Source: Solibacteraceae bacterium (GTDB lineage Bacteria > Acidobacteriota > Terriglobia > Bryobacterales > Bryobacteraceae). Taken from it: a stretch of DNA of 64,000 bases. This document shows positions 21,032 to 30,939 of the stretch, in pieces. Below the pieces are notes generated by a model, which searched no databases, was not told the DNA's origin, and saw nothing but the letters and a program-made list of their open reading frames with translations. The DNA is taken from assembly GCA_026984795.1 (NCBI GenBank), contig JALSRK010000032.1, positions 1 through 64,000 of the forward strand, written 5' to 3'. A program made the position numbers and the translations under genes. Within the stretch, counting starts at the first letter, position 1. Each line of letters starts with the position of its first letter.

Positions 21032-21556
21032 TCACTTCGCCAGGACGCTCATGGCGGCCTTGAGGAAGGCCGGCAGGTCGTCGGGCTTGCGGGAGGTGAC
21101 GAGATTGCCGTCCACCACGACCTCTTCGTCCACCCACTCGGCGCCGGCGTTGGCCATGTCGTCCTTGATGGCGAAGAACGATGTGGTCTTGCGGCCCTTC
21201 AGCATGCCGTGGGCCGAGCACAGCAGCCAGCCGCCGTGGCAGATGGCGGCGACGAGCTTGCCCTGGGCGTCCAAGTCGGCGACGAACCGCGCCGGGGCCG
21301 GGTGGCGCCGCATGTAATCCGGCGCGTAGCCGCCGGGGATCACCACGCCGTCGTAATCGTCGGCCCGGACGTCGTCGTAGCCCTTGTCCGCCTTGGCCGG
21401 ATAGCCCAGCTTGCTGTTGCAGGTCTCGCCGGCCTTCGGACCTACGAGATGCACCTCGGCCCCGGCTTCTTTGAAGCGGTAGTACGGGTACCAGACTTCG
21501 AGTTCCTGGTAAAGCCTGTCCACGAGAACGGCGACACGTTTCCCATCGAGTTCCAT
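21032..21556 (-). CDS. DJ-1/PfpI family protein (type 1 glutamine amidotransferase-like)
   Basis: 174 aa with the nucleophile elbow AAICHGGWLL and a PfpI-like length and order. Confidence 0.9.
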   Translation of the reverse strand: MELDGKRVAVLVDRLYQELEVWYPYYRFKEAGAEVHLVGPKAGETCNSKLGYPAKADKGYDDVRADDYDGVVIPGGYAPDYMRRHPAPARFVADLDAQGKLVAAICHGGWLLCSAHGMLKGRKTTSFFAIKDDMANAGAEWVDEEVVVDGNLVTSRKPDDLPAFLKAAMSVLAK

Positions 21557-21603
21557 AACAACTCAATTGTACGTAAGGGGCGCCTGCGGCAGGCCTGGCC
21601 GGT

Positions 21604-22623
21604 TCACCTGAGCCGCCAGGCGAACCAGCCGATGCCGAAGGCCAGCATGGCGGCGGCGAGGGTAGCGACGACGGGGCGGGAGCGCAGGCTGGCGGGGGCG
21701 CGCCACCAGGCGGTTCCGAGCAGGGCGATCAGGCCGAAGTCGGCGGCCAGGGCGCCTCCCAGGACGCGCCAGCTCGAGAAAGCCGTACTCTCGACAAAGA
21801 GCCCCAGGGCGAGCCCGTGGAAGAGTCCGAGGACGCCGACCACCGCATCCCGGCGTCCGGCGTGGGGCAGCAACAGGATCTCGGCGGCCAGGTAACCAAT
21901 AGTGAGCGCGGCCGCCGCTTCGACGAACCGGGGCGGCGGGCTCCAGCCGGTGGCCGGCAGTCCCAGGGCCGCGACCGCCTGGCCGCCGGCGAACGCTCCG
22001 GCCAGGATCCACATCTCCCGCCGGGTGCGCGCGGCGAGGATCAGGGCTATCAGGAAGAGTAGCGGGGCGAGCCCGCCAAGCACCCGTTTCGCCCCTCCGG
22101 CCGCCTGCTCCGCGAAGAGTTCCCACCCGGTGGGCGGGACGAAGCGGATCTCCTCCTCGCGGGCGGCGAAGTCGAACACCCGCTGGACCTCGACGTCCCC
22201 CCGGCGGGCCCGCAGCACGTGGACGTGATTCGGGATGGTGACGGCGTAGTAGGTGCAGGCGACGGTGAGGGTTTTCGGCGGGGCTGGAGCGGTATAGTCC
22301 GCCGTGCACACGAGCCACCCCTGGCCCGGATCTTCCCGGCAGGTGAAACCGGAGCCCTGGACCGGGGCGCCGTCGGCCGAAAGGTGGAAGTTGCGCGCCA
22401 GAGTGGCCGCCGGATCCTCGAGCGCTTCCACTTCATAGAGTGGCATCCGGAGCTCGTAGCGGATCCGGTTGCCTTCCACTTCCAGCAATCCGGCGCTGAT
22501 GCTCACCATGTGGGCTCGGAGGGCGGGCGAGAGCAGGAGAAGAAGCGAGACCCCGGCGCAACACGATCTTCCGCGGCGGGGCGGGCGCGGTCTGAAAGGC
22601 GGCATGAGTGTCAGTTCCATCAT
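21604..22623 (-). CDS. HupE/UreJ-like membrane protein with N-terminal periplasmic domain
   Basis: A signal peptide is followed by a ~170-aa soluble region starting AHMVSISAGLLEVEG. After that come 5-6 Gly/Ala-rich TM helices resembling HupE/UreJ_2 proteins. The assignment is tentative. Confidence 0.5.
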   Translation of the reverse strand: MMELTLMPPFRPRPPRRGRSCCAGVSLLLLLSPALRAHMVSISAGLLEVEGNRIRYELRMPLYEVEALEDPAATLARNFHLSADGAPVQGSGFTCREDPGQGWLVCTADYTAPAPPKTLTVACTYYAVTIPNHVHVLRARRGDVEVQRVFDFAAREEEIRFVPPTGWELFAEQAAGGAKRVLGGLAPLLFLIALILAARTRREMWILAGAFAGGQAVAALGLPATGWSPPPRFVEAAAALTIGYLAAEILLLPHAGRRDAVVGVLGLFHGLALGLFVESTAFSSWRVLGGALAADFGLIALLGTAWWRAPASLRSRPVVATLAAAMLAFGIGWFAWRLR

Positions 22624-22673
22624 AGGGAGCGTACGGCCTGCGAAGCCGAGCCCGGCCGGCAGGCTTGCCTATA

Positions 22674-23279
22674 ATGACAAGGCGAATGGGTGGAGGCAAA
22701 CCAAGGCCGTGGTGGAGCCGTCTCGCTGCCTGGGGTGTAGCGGCGGCTTTGGCCGCGATTTCGTGCGGCCGGGCTCCGGTCCCCGACGCCGGCGCCTTGC
22801 GGATTCCCCGGGGAGCGACTCTGTCGGTGCGGATCACGGAAGCATTGAGTCCGGACTCCCATCCCGCGGGCAGTGGCTTTTCGGCAACCCTGGATGCGCC
22901 GCTGGAGCAAGGGGCGGTGATCTTCGTACCCGCTGGAGCGCGTGTGGACGGGATCGTCGAAGCCACTCCGGCCGGCGAGGACGGAAGGCGTGGGCTGACC
23001 CTACGCCTCGTGCGCCTCTACCTGGATGAGAACCGTTCCCTGGAGCTTCACACCGACCCGGTTACGCGGTTCGCCCGCGGCCCGGCTGCCGTCAGCGCCA
23101 ACATCAACGCTCTGTCCGGGCTGGAAGACAAGATCGCTCGCCTGGCCGAGACCGGGGGTGGGGGGGCCGGAAGCGAGGCGCAGGGGGTTCCAGCCGCCAG
23201 CGCACCTCCGGTGCCGCCGTCCAGCCTGATGGTATTCACCCTCAGCTCTGATCTCGTCGTGCCGCGGCCGGGGGAGTGA
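22674..23279 (+). CDS. hypothetical lipoprotein
   Basis: The leader is MTRRMGGGKPRPWWSRLAAWGVAAALAAISCG, with a lipobox-like AISC. The track ORF starts at a TTG at 22665. A TATAAT hexamer at 22669-22674 overlaps this start, so the ATG at 22686 is also possible. Confidence 0.5.
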   Translation: MTRRMGGGKPRPWWSRLAAWGVAAALAAISCGRAPVPDAGALRIPRGATLSVRITEALSPDSHPAGSGFSATLDAPLEQGAVIFVPAGARVDGIVEATPAGEDGRRGLTLRLVRLYLDENRSLELHTDPVTRFARGPAAVSANINALSGLEDKIARLAETGGGGAGSEAQGVPAASAPPVPPSSLMVFTLSSDLVVPRPGE

Positions 23280-23339
23280 CGCAGCGGGCAGCGGCGGTTA
23301 GCCGTGAGAATCCGCCGGGCAGGGCCACCTTATTTAGAT

Positions 23340-24518
23340 ATGAGTGTCACCTCGTCCGTTGCCGGCGTCATGGGTCCCGAACGGGCTTTGCATTGGCTTG
23401 CCTTATGCCTGGTGCCCGGGCTCGGACCCCAGCGGATCCGCGCGCTCTTGAAGTCGTACGGGGCGCCCGAGGCGGTGTTCCGCGCCTCGCCGTCGGAGCT
23501 CGAGGCCGCCGGAGTGCCGCCGGGGCCCGCGCGAAGCATCGCCGGCGGCTGCACTTTCGAGGACGCCCTTTGGCAGCATGAGCGGGTGAAGGCCGAAGGA
23601 GTAGCGCTGATCGGATTGCGGGATCCCGCCTACCCCGAACTGTTGCGGGCGATCGCCGATCCTCCGGTCCTGTTGTTCGCCAAGGGCCGTCTGGAGACGC
23701 TGAATTCGCCGATGCTGGCGATCGTCGGTACCCGGCGGCCGACCCCGTACGGCCGCAACGTCGCCGAGCGCTTCGCGTTCGACCTCGCCCGAGCTGGACT
23801 CACGATCGTCAGCGGCATGGCCCGCGGCGTGGACACTTGTGCACATCAGGGGGCCCTGAAGGCCGGGGGAACGACCGTCGCTGTGTTCGGAGCCGGGCTC
23901 GACCATATTTACCCAGCCGAGAACCGCAAGCTCGCCGACCAGATTGCCGCCCAAGGGCTGCTCGTTTCCGAGTTTCCGATGGGTACCCCGGCCCACCCGC
24001 AGAACTTCCCGATCCGCAACCGGATTATCAGCGGGCTGAGCGAGGGCGTGCTGGTGGTGGAAGGCGCCCAGTACAGCGGCTCGGCGATCACCGCGAAGAT
24101 GGGGCTGGAACAGCAGCGGGAAGTCTTCGCCGTGCCCGGCAACGTGACCTCGAAAATGAGTTGGGGGCCGAACCTGTTGATCAAGCAGGGCGCTACTCTG
24201 GTTCAGGAGGCCGCCGACGTCATCGAGGGCCTGCCCAAGGAGACGCGGCGGCGGCTGGCGGAACGGCGCCGGGCGGGCGAGGCGGCCGGCATGGAGGAGG
24301 GCGGCGGGAATCAGGGCTCTCTTCCCCTCGGCCCGGCGGCTGAAATCCAGGAACACCTGCTCAAGCTGTTGAGGCCAGACCACGCGCTGCACGTTGACGA
24401 GATCCTCGAAAAGATGGAGAATTACTCGTCGTCGGAGACGCTGGCTGCCTTGATGGAACTGGAAGTGGCCGGGCTGATCCGCCAACTGCCGGGCCGGAAC
24501 TTTGTTAAAGTGTGGTGA
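23340..24518 (+). CDS. dprA: DNA-processing protein DprA (Smf)
   Basis: The sequence contains LVPGLGPQRIRALL, IVGTRRPTPYG, IVSGMARGVDTCAH and the Rossmann-like DprA core, plus a C-terminal winged-helix-like tail. The track ORF starts at a GTG at 23304. ATGs at 23340 and 23370 are alternatives. Confidence 0.9.
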   Translation: MSVTSSVAGVMGPERALHWLALCLVPGLGPQRIRALLKSYGAPEAVFRASPSELEAAGVPPGPARSIAGGCTFEDALWQHERVKAEGVALIGLRDPAYPELLRAIADPPVLLFAKGRLETLNSPMLAIVGTRRPTPYGRNVAERFAFDLARAGLTIVSGMARGVDTCAHQGALKAGGTTVAVFGAGLDHIYPAENRKLADQIAAQGLLVSEFPMGTPAHPQNFPIRNRIISGLSEGVLVVEGAQYSGSAITAKMGLEQQREVFAVPGNVTSKMSWGPNLLIKQGATLVQEAADVIEGLPKETRRRLAERRRAGEAAGMEEGGGNQGSLPLGPAAEIQEHLLKLLRPDHALHVDEILEKMENYSSSETLAALMELEVAGLIRQLPGRNFVKVW

Positions 24519-24739
24519 GGGGCCCGACCTCCGGCCGATTACCCGGTTGAGGCCGCCTGATCCACCTGATGCGGCGCTGCTGGGAAGTGCCGCGCCGGCC
24601 CGCCCAGCGGGTGGGTCCTTTGTTCCCCGCGCGAGGATTGCGGGAGACGCCCAACCCAACCCTTGCGTCGAACTAGTAGTGGCAGCGGTCCGGCCGTCGC
24701 CGGCCCGACGCCGGATTCAGGAAGATTTGGTTATCGGTT

Positions 24740-27190
24740 ATGGCAAAATCTCTCGTCATCGTCGAGTCGCCGGCGAAGGCGAAAACCATCGGCAGGTACC
24801 TCGGCAAGGACTATACGGTCAAAGCTTCGCTCGGCCATATCAAGGATCTGCCGAAGCGCGATCTCGCCGTCGACGTCGAGCGCGGCTTCGAGCCTCACTA
24901 CGAGGTCATCGAGGGCAAGAAGAAGCTGCTCCAGGAGCTCAAGAAAGCGGCTGGCAAGGCCGACGCGATCTACCTCGCCGCCGATCCCGATCGTGAGGGT
25001 GAAGCCATCTGCTATCACCTCGCGGAGGAACTTCAAGACAACAAGCGCAAGAAGAAGGCCGGGACCCGAATCTACCGGGTGACCTTCAACGAGATCACCG
25101 CCCGGGCGATCCGGGAGGCGTTTCGGAAGCCTGGCCTGGTGAACACGAACCTGGTGGACGCCCAGCAGGCCCGCCGGGTGCTGGACCGGCTCGTCGGCTA
25201 CAAGATTTCGCCACTGCTTTGGGACAAGGTGCGCCGTGGGCTCTCGGCAGGGCGGGTGCAGACGGTGGCGCTGCGGCTGATCGTGGATCGCGAGCGCGAG
25301 ATCCGGGCTTTCAAGCCGCGCGAATACTGGACGATCGACGTCAGGCTGCGGGCTCACAAGCCCCCGGTCTTCGCCGCCCGGCTTGTCAAGCGGGACGACG
25401 AGGCGGTGGAGATTCCCGACGAGAAGACCGCCCAGGGCATTGTTTCCGCGCTGGAGGGCGCGACGTATGCCGTGAAGTCGGTCACCCAGCGGGAGAAGCG
25501 GCGCCGGCCGGTGCCCCCGTTCATCACTTCGACCTTGCAGCAGGAGGCCTCGCGCAAACTGCGCTTCAGCGTCAAGCGCACGATGGCCCTGGCCCAGCGC
25601 CTTTACGAAGGCGTCGAGCTTGGCAAGGAGGGTTCCGTCGGCCTGATCACCTACATGCGCACCGACTCGACGCGCGTCGCTGAGGACGCCATCGGAGAGG
25701 TCCGCGGCTTCATCGGTAAGCGCTTCGGCCCCGAGTACCTGCCGGAGAAGCCGAACCAGTACCGGAGCAAGAAAGGGGCCCAGGACGCCCACGAGGCGAT
25801 CCGGCCCACTTCAGTGGCGCGCACGCCCGAGGACGTGAAGCCTTACCTGGCCGAGGACGAATACAAGCTCTACCGGCTCATCTGGCAACGGTTCGTCGCT
25901 TCCCAGATGGCGCCGGCCCTCTTCGACCAGACCACCGTCGAGATCAGCGCCCGGGGGAAGGACGGGGCTGCTTACCTGTTCCGCGTCACCGGGTCGGTGC
26001 CGAAGTTCGACGGCTTCCTGAAGGTCTATCAGGAGGGCAAGGACAAGAAGGACGAGGACGACGAGGAGCTCAAGCACAAGATCCCTCCGGTGGAGCAGGG
26101 GGAAGTGCTGAAGTTCCGGTCGATTCACCCCGAGCAGCACTTCACCGAACCCCCGCCGCGCTACACCGAGGCGACTCTGGTGAAAGAGTTGGAGGCGGAT
26201 GGCGTCGGCCGGCCCTCGACCTACGCTTCGATCCTCTCCACCATCCAGGACCGGGAGTACGTGGTCAAGAAGGGCGGCAAGTTCTACCCGACGGAGCTCG
26301 GAGAGGTGGTCACGGACCTTCTGGTGCAGAGTTTCGACGACATCTTCGACATCAAGTACACCGCCCGGATGGAGGAAGAGCTCGACGAGATCGAGGAGGG
26401 CAAGCGCGACTGGCGCAGCGCGCTGGCCGAGTTCTACGACAAGTTCCAGGTGGATCTCATGCGCGCCGAGACCGAGATGACGAACATCAAGCGCATGGAG
26501 GAGCCCACCGACGAGAAATGCGAAAAGTGCGGGCGGCCGATGGTGATCCGCTGGGGGCGGCACGGGCGCTTCCTGGCGTGTTCGGGCTATCCGGAATGCA
26601 CCAACACCCGGGAGATCAAGACGGAACTCGCCGAGGAAGAGAAGGAGGCGCTCGGCGACCAGAGCGAAGAATACTGCGTGAATTGCGGCCGGCCGATGGT
26701 GCTCAAAAAGGGCCGGTTCGGGCAGTTCTACGCCTGCACCGGATATCCCGAGTGCAAGACCACGAAGCCGCTGGGCAAGCAGCAGCGGAAGCCGGATGTG
26801 CCGCTCGATGAGAAATGCCCGCAATGCGGGGCCACGCTGGTGATCAAGCAGGGCCGCTTCGGCGAATTCACTGCCTGCTCGAATTATCCAAAGTGCCGTT
26901 ACGTGAAGCAGAAGACGACCGGGGTCCCGTGCCCGGCTTGCTCAGAGGGCGAGCTGATCGAACGGCGATCCAAACGAGGGCGGACCTTCTACGGCTGCAA
27001 CCGCTATCCGGACTGCGACTTCGTCACCTGGTCGAAGCCGGTGGCCGAAACGTGCCCCGAGTGCGGGTCTTCTTACCTGGTGGAGAAATGGCTGAAGTCC
27101 GGGCCGCAGTTGCAGTGCCCGAACAAGGACTGCGGCTACAAGCGGACGATCGAGGAGCCGGAGCCGGTGGCCGGATCCTCCAAAGGCTGA
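24740..27190 (+). CDS. topA: DNA topoisomerase I (type IA) with five C-terminal C4 zinc ribbons
   Basis: The TOPRIM block is LVIVESPAKAKTIGRYLG. The active-site region is ITYMRTDS. Five CxxC...CxxxxxC repeats are present (for example CEKCGRPMV...CSGYPEC). Confidence 0.97.
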   Translation: MAKSLVIVESPAKAKTIGRYLGKDYTVKASLGHIKDLPKRDLAVDVERGFEPHYEVIEGKKKLLQELKKAAGKADAIYLAADPDREGEAICYHLAEELQDNKRKKKAGTRIYRVTFNEITARAIREAFRKPGLVNTNLVDAQQARRVLDRLVGYKISPLLWDKVRRGLSAGRVQTVALRLIVDREREIRAFKPREYWTIDVRLRAHKPPVFAARLVKRDDEAVEIPDEKTAQGIVSALEGATYAVKSVTQREKRRRPVPPFITSTLQQEASRKLRFSVKRTMALAQRLYEGVELGKEGSVGLITYMRTDSTRVAEDAIGEVRGFIGKRFGPEYLPEKPNQYRSKKGAQDAHEAIRPTSVARTPEDVKPYLAEDEYKLYRLIWQRFVASQMAPALFDQTTVEISARGKDGAAYLFRVTGSVPKFDGFLKVYQEGKDKKDEDDEELKHKIPPVEQGEVLKFRSIHPEQHFTEPPPRYTEATLVKELEADGVGRPSTYASILSTIQDREYVVKKGGKFYPTELGEVVTDLLVQSFDDIFDIKYTARMEEELDEIEEGKRDWRSALAEFYDKFQVDLMRAETEMTNIKRMEEPTDEKCEKCGRPMVIRWGRHGRFLACSGYPECTNTREIKTELAEEEKEALGDQSEEYCVNCGRPMVLKKGRFGQFYACTGYPECKTTKPLGKQQRKPDVPLDEKCPQCGATLVIKQGRFGEFTACSNYPKCRYVKQKTTGVPCPACSEGELIERRSKRGRTFYGCNRYPDCDFVTWSKPVAETCPECGSSYLVEKWLKSGPQLQCPNKDCGYKRTIEEPEPVAGSSKG

Positions 27191-27252
27191 GGCCGGCGGC
27201 GCTGCCGGCGGCGACGAGGTTCCGGTAGGCTGGAATAGGTCCGGCCGCCGTT

Positions 27253-29394
27253 ATGATCCGTGCTCTTGTCCGCTTTGTCCTCCGAGTTCTGTTCCGGATA
27301 CGCGTCGAGGGGCGCTTTCCCGAACCGGTCCCAGAGCGCCTGCTCATCATCTCCAACCACCAGTCGTTTCTCGATCCCATCCTGATCGGGGCCTTCGTCT
27401 CGCCGGATGTCACCTGGGTGGTCCATCAGCAGATCTACGACCGCTGGTACTTCCGCTGGTTCGTCGACCTGACCCGCCACGTGGTGGTGGATGCCGGGCG
27501 CGCCCGGGGCATCCGGGGCCTGATGCGGGAAATCGAGCAGGGCCGGGCGGTGGTCGTCTTTCCCGAGGGGCGGATCACGGTCACCGGCGGCTTGATGAAG
27601 ATCTATGACGGGCCGGCTTTCCTGGCGGCGCGAACGGGAGCGTCGATCCTGCCGGTGGTGATCGACGGCGCCCTGCATACGCCGGTGGGCCGGATGCAGC
27701 CGCCGTTCCCCCGGCGCTGGTTTCCACGGATCCGCATCACGATGAGGCCGCTGGAGAAGTTGGAGATGCCGGCGGGCCGTTCCGGGCGGGAACGCCGGCG
27801 GCGGGCCGGCGACCGGATGCGGCGGATGATGGAAGAGGCGCTCTACCGCTCGCGGGTGCGGCGGACGATTCCGGAAGCCTTGCTCGAAGCCGTGCGTATC
27901 TACGGCAAAGGAAGCGCCGTGGTCGACGATCTGAGGCAGGAGGGCCAGACCTACGGGCGGCTGCTGAAGGGCATGATGGCGCTGGGGCGGCTCACGGCGC
28001 GGCTGGCGCCCGAGGGCGAGGTGGTGGGCGTGCTGCTGCCCAACTCCGGCCCTACGGTGGCGCTGCTTCTGGGGCTGATGGCGGCCCGGCGCGTTCCGGC
28101 CATGCTGAACTACTCGGTGGGCGCCGAGGGGCTGCGGGCGGCGTGCACGGCGGCGGAGGTGAAGACCGTCATCAGCTCCCGGGCGTTCCTCGAGCACCCG
28201 CGCCTGGCCGGCCTGGCGGAGCAGCTCACCGGGGTGCGGTTGGTCTATCTGGAGGATCTGCGCGCGTCGTTCGGCCTGGCGGACCGGTTGTGGCTCGTCT
28301 TCCGGGGCAAGGGATGGCTGAAGCGGGCGGTCCGGCGGCTGCGGCCGGAGGATCCGGCGGTGGTGCTGTTCACCTCGGGTTCCGAGGGCCTGCCCAAGGG
28401 GGTGGTGCTCAGCCACGACTCGATCCTGGCCAATCTGGCTCAGATCAAGGCGGTGATCGACTTCACCAACCGCGACAAGATGATGAACGCCCTGCCGGTG
28501 TTCCACTCCTTCGGGCTGACGGCGGGCGTCCTGCTGCCGCTGCTGAGCGGCGCCCGGGTGTTCCTGTATCCCTCGCCCCTGCACTTCCGGATCATCCCGG
28601 AGCTGGTCTACGACCGCAACTGCACGGCCCTGCTCGGCACGCCGACGTTTCTGGACCGCTACGGCCGCGCGGCCCATCCCTACGACTTCTACAAGGTGCG
28701 CTACGTAGTGGGCGGAGCGGAGAAGCTCAGTGAAGAGACCCGGCGGCTGTGGCAGGACAAGTTCGGCATCCGGATCCTGGAAGGCTACGGCGCCACCGAG
28801 TGCTCGCCGGTAATCAGCGTGAACACGCCGTTCGCGCACCGGCCGGGCTCGGTGGGCAAGTTCCTGCCCGGCATCGAGTGGAAGGTTGTTCCGGCGCCCG
28901 GCATCGAAGAGGGCGGGGAGTTGCACGTCCGCGGCGACAACGTGATGCTCGGCTACTGGCGGCACACGGCCCCGCGGAAGCTGGAGCCGCCGTCTTCGAG
29001 CCTCGGTCCCGGCTGGTATGCGACGGGCGACGTCGTCACCGTGGACGAGGACGGCTACCTGTTCATTCGGGACCGGTTACGGCGCTTCGCCAAGGTGGCC
29101 GGTGAGATGATCCCGCTCGAGGTGACGGAGCGAATCGCCGCGGAGGTCTCGCCCCGGTATCGGTCGGCGGCGACGGCGGTGGCCCGGCCCGGCCGGGGTG
29201 ACGTGATCGTGCTGTTCACCTGCGACCCTGAGGTGGACCGTTCCGTGCTCGCCGGCGCGGCCAAGCGTCTCGGGCTGCCGGAGCTGGCCCTGCCCCGGCG
29301 CATCGTCCACCTCGACCGCCTGCCGCTGCTCGCCACCGGCAAGCCCGATTACGTCCAGCTCAAGGCCATGGCGGAAAAGCAAATGGAGCGTTAG
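27253..29394 (+). CDS. aas: bifunctional lysophospholipid acyltransferase / acyl-ACP synthetase (Aas-like)
   Basis: The N-terminal PlsC motif is NHQSFLD with FPEGRIT. The C-terminal adenylate-forming domain has FTSGSEGLPKGV, GYGATE and ATGD. The domain order and 713-aa size match Aas. Confidence 0.8.
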   Translation: MIRALVRFVLRVLFRIRVEGRFPEPVPERLLIISNHQSFLDPILIGAFVSPDVTWVVHQQIYDRWYFRWFVDLTRHVVVDAGRARGIRGLMREIEQGRAVVVFPEGRITVTGGLMKIYDGPAFLAARTGASILPVVIDGALHTPVGRMQPPFPRRWFPRIRITMRPLEKLEMPAGRSGRERRRRAGDRMRRMMEEALYRSRVRRTIPEALLEAVRIYGKGSAVVDDLRQEGQTYGRLLKGMMALGRLTARLAPEGEVVGVLLPNSGPTVALLLGLMAARRVPAMLNYSVGAEGLRAACTAAEVKTVISSRAFLEHPRLAGLAEQLTGVRLVYLEDLRASFGLADRLWLVFRGKGWLKRAVRRLRPEDPAVVLFTSGSEGLPKGVVLSHDSILANLAQIKAVIDFTNRDKMMNALPVFHSFGLTAGVLLPLLSGARVFLYPSPLHFRIIPELVYDRNCTALLGTPTFLDRYGRAAHPYDFYKVRYVVGGAEKLSEETRRLWQDKFGIRILEGYGATECSPVISVNTPFAHRPGSVGKFLPGIEWKVVPAPGIEEGGELHVRGDNVMLGYWRHTAPRKLEPPSSSLGPGWYATGDVVTVDEDGYLFIRDRLRRFAKVAGEMIPLEVTERIAAEVSPRYRSAATAVARPGRGDVIVLFTCDPEVDRSVLAGAAKRLGLPELALPRRIVHLDRLPLLATGKPDYVQLKAMAEKQMER

Positions 29395-29818
29395 CCGGGC
29401 AGGCCATGCACCATTGCAGGTGTAATGGGAGGCAGAGACCCAGACGGCGCTGAGTTCTTCGGCGCCCGCCTCCGCCGATCCGCCGGATGATCCGTCGGGG
29501 AACGAATAGTGGTGGATACGAGCGGTGTCGAGGCAAGAGAGTAGAAACTCCCGGTTTCCGGCAAACTCGAAACCGTCCGTTCCGGCCAGGGCGGTGTGAG
29601 GGCCGTGGCAGACCGCAGTGATGCGGTGCGGACCGCGCCCGCAACCCGGGCTTCACCTCGCCGCCGTGCTCCCGGTACCGCCGCCCCAGCTTCCAGACCC
29701 GGCGTTCCCTCTCACCCCCCATCCCCTCGGCCGCTTCCCGCTGCGTCATCACCCCTGCGCACAGCGGCTTCAGGCCAGCGCGGCCCCTTTCCTGTCGGCT
29801 CACCGCTACTCGTTTCAT
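29395..29818 (-). mobile_element. relic of an IS481-like transposase N-terminus (HTH only, frameshifted, no DDE domain)
   Basis: The track ORF 29360..29818 begins MKRVAVSRQERGRAGLKPLCAGVMTQREAAEGMGGERERRVWKLGRRYREHGGEVKPGLRARSAPHH. This mirrors the IS481/ISNCY HTH consensus (TQREAAE.LGVSERTVYKWLRRYRE.G..GL.DRS.RPH). Beyond ~29620 the frame is lost, and no catalytic domain or terminal repeats are seen. Confidence 0.4.
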
Positions 29819-29975
29819 TTTCGCAGCCTGGCGGCTGTCAACAGGAACTTTCTCCCTTGCCCATACGGGCGCTTCTCCTGTTGCTATGACACCCGGGCCG
29901 GCTAAGTTGACTTTGGTTCTTCGGGTATTTTAAGGTAACGGTTCGGATTGGCCACGCGGCGGCCGCAGACTGGAT

Positions 29976-30419
29976 ATGCCTGAGAATGCAAGCGGCGGGA
30001 CCACCAGCGTGGTGACGATGCTCGACTCCACCCTCGAAAGCGTTGATGCCGCTGAGGAGATTGTGCTGAAGGCCGCTGAAGAGATGGGGTTCGATGAAGA
30101 TTCCCGGTATCAGATCGGAATGGCGGTTCGGGAGTCCGTCGTCAATGCAGTGGTCCATGGCAACCGGTATAGTGAGCGCAAGAAGGTGCGGCTCTCGGTG
30201 ATCAAGGAACCCGACCGGCTGACCATTCTGGTCGCGGACGAGGGACAAGGCTTCAACCTCGATTCGATTCCAGACCCGCTGGCCCAGGAGAATCTGTTGA
30301 ACCAATCTGGACGGGGGATCTTTCTCATGAAAACTTTCATGGACGAGTTCGATGTCCGTCCGGTGGAGCCCACTGGCACTGAGTTCGTCTTGGTGAAGTA
30401 CTTGAACCGGAAGGCCTGA
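29976..30419 (+). CDS. RsbW/SpoIIAB-type anti-sigma serine kinase (HATPase_c_2)
   Basis: 147 aa. The N-box is RESVVNAVVHGN, G1 is DEGQGF and G2 is GRGIFLM. GC content is lower than in the flanking genes, judged by eye. Confidence 0.8.
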   Translation: MPENASGGTTSVVTMLDSTLESVDAAEEIVLKAAEEMGFDEDSRYQIGMAVRESVVNAVVHGNRYSERKKVRLSVIKEPDRLTILVADEGQGFNLDSIPDPLAQENLLNQSGRGIFLMKTFMDEFDVRPVEPTGTEFVLVKYLNRKA

Positions 30420-30476
30420 GCTGCTTCGCCGGCGCTGCGGTTCCCGGCGAGGTGCGAACAAGCAAGGAGAAGACCT

Positions 30477-30821
30477 GTGAGTGTAAAACTGAATGTCCGA
30501 AAAGTCGGTGATGTAACCGTGATCGATGCTGTGGGCAGGATCACCCTCGGGGAAGGCGCCAGTTCGTTCCGGGATACGATCCGGGACCTCGTCTCGAAGG
30601 GTGAGAAGAAGCTTGTGCTGAACCTTGGAAATGTGACCTACATCGACAGCTCCGGAATCGGTGAGCTCGTTTCCGCCTTCACTACGGTGACCAACCAGGG
30701 CGGGCAGTTGAAACTGCTGAACCTCACCAAGCGGATCCAGGATCTGCTGCAAATCACGAAGCTGTACACCGTGTTCGAGGTCTACGACGACGAGTCGGCG
30801 GCGGTGCGCAGCTTCGGCTGA
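30477..30821 (+). CDS. STAS-domain anti-sigma-factor antagonist (SpoIIAA/RsbV-like)
   Basis: 114 aa with a GTG start preceded by AAGGAGAAG. The phosphorylatable-serine motif is YIDSSGIGELV. Confidence 0.85.
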   Translation: MSVKLNVRKVGDVTVIDAVGRITLGEGASSFRDTIRDLVSKGEKKLVLNLGNVTYIDSSGIGELVSAFTTVTNQGGQLKLLNLTKRIQDLLQITKLYTVFEVYDDESAAVRSFG

Positions 30822-30939
30822 TTCGCACGGCGGCGGAGCCTGCCGGGGCAGCCGGATCATCGGATGAGCGGCCGGGCGCACCCGTGAAGCGTGGGGGCTG
30901 CCAGGTCCGGCCGGCTCGGGCAGGCGGTGAGTGCCGGGC

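Noticed and set aside
29907-29935. TTGACT hexamer upstream of the rsbW-like gene, considered as a promoter.
   Set aside because: No acceptable -10 hexamer occurs at 16-18 nt spacing. The best candidates are TTAAGG or TATTTT, both at the wrong distance.
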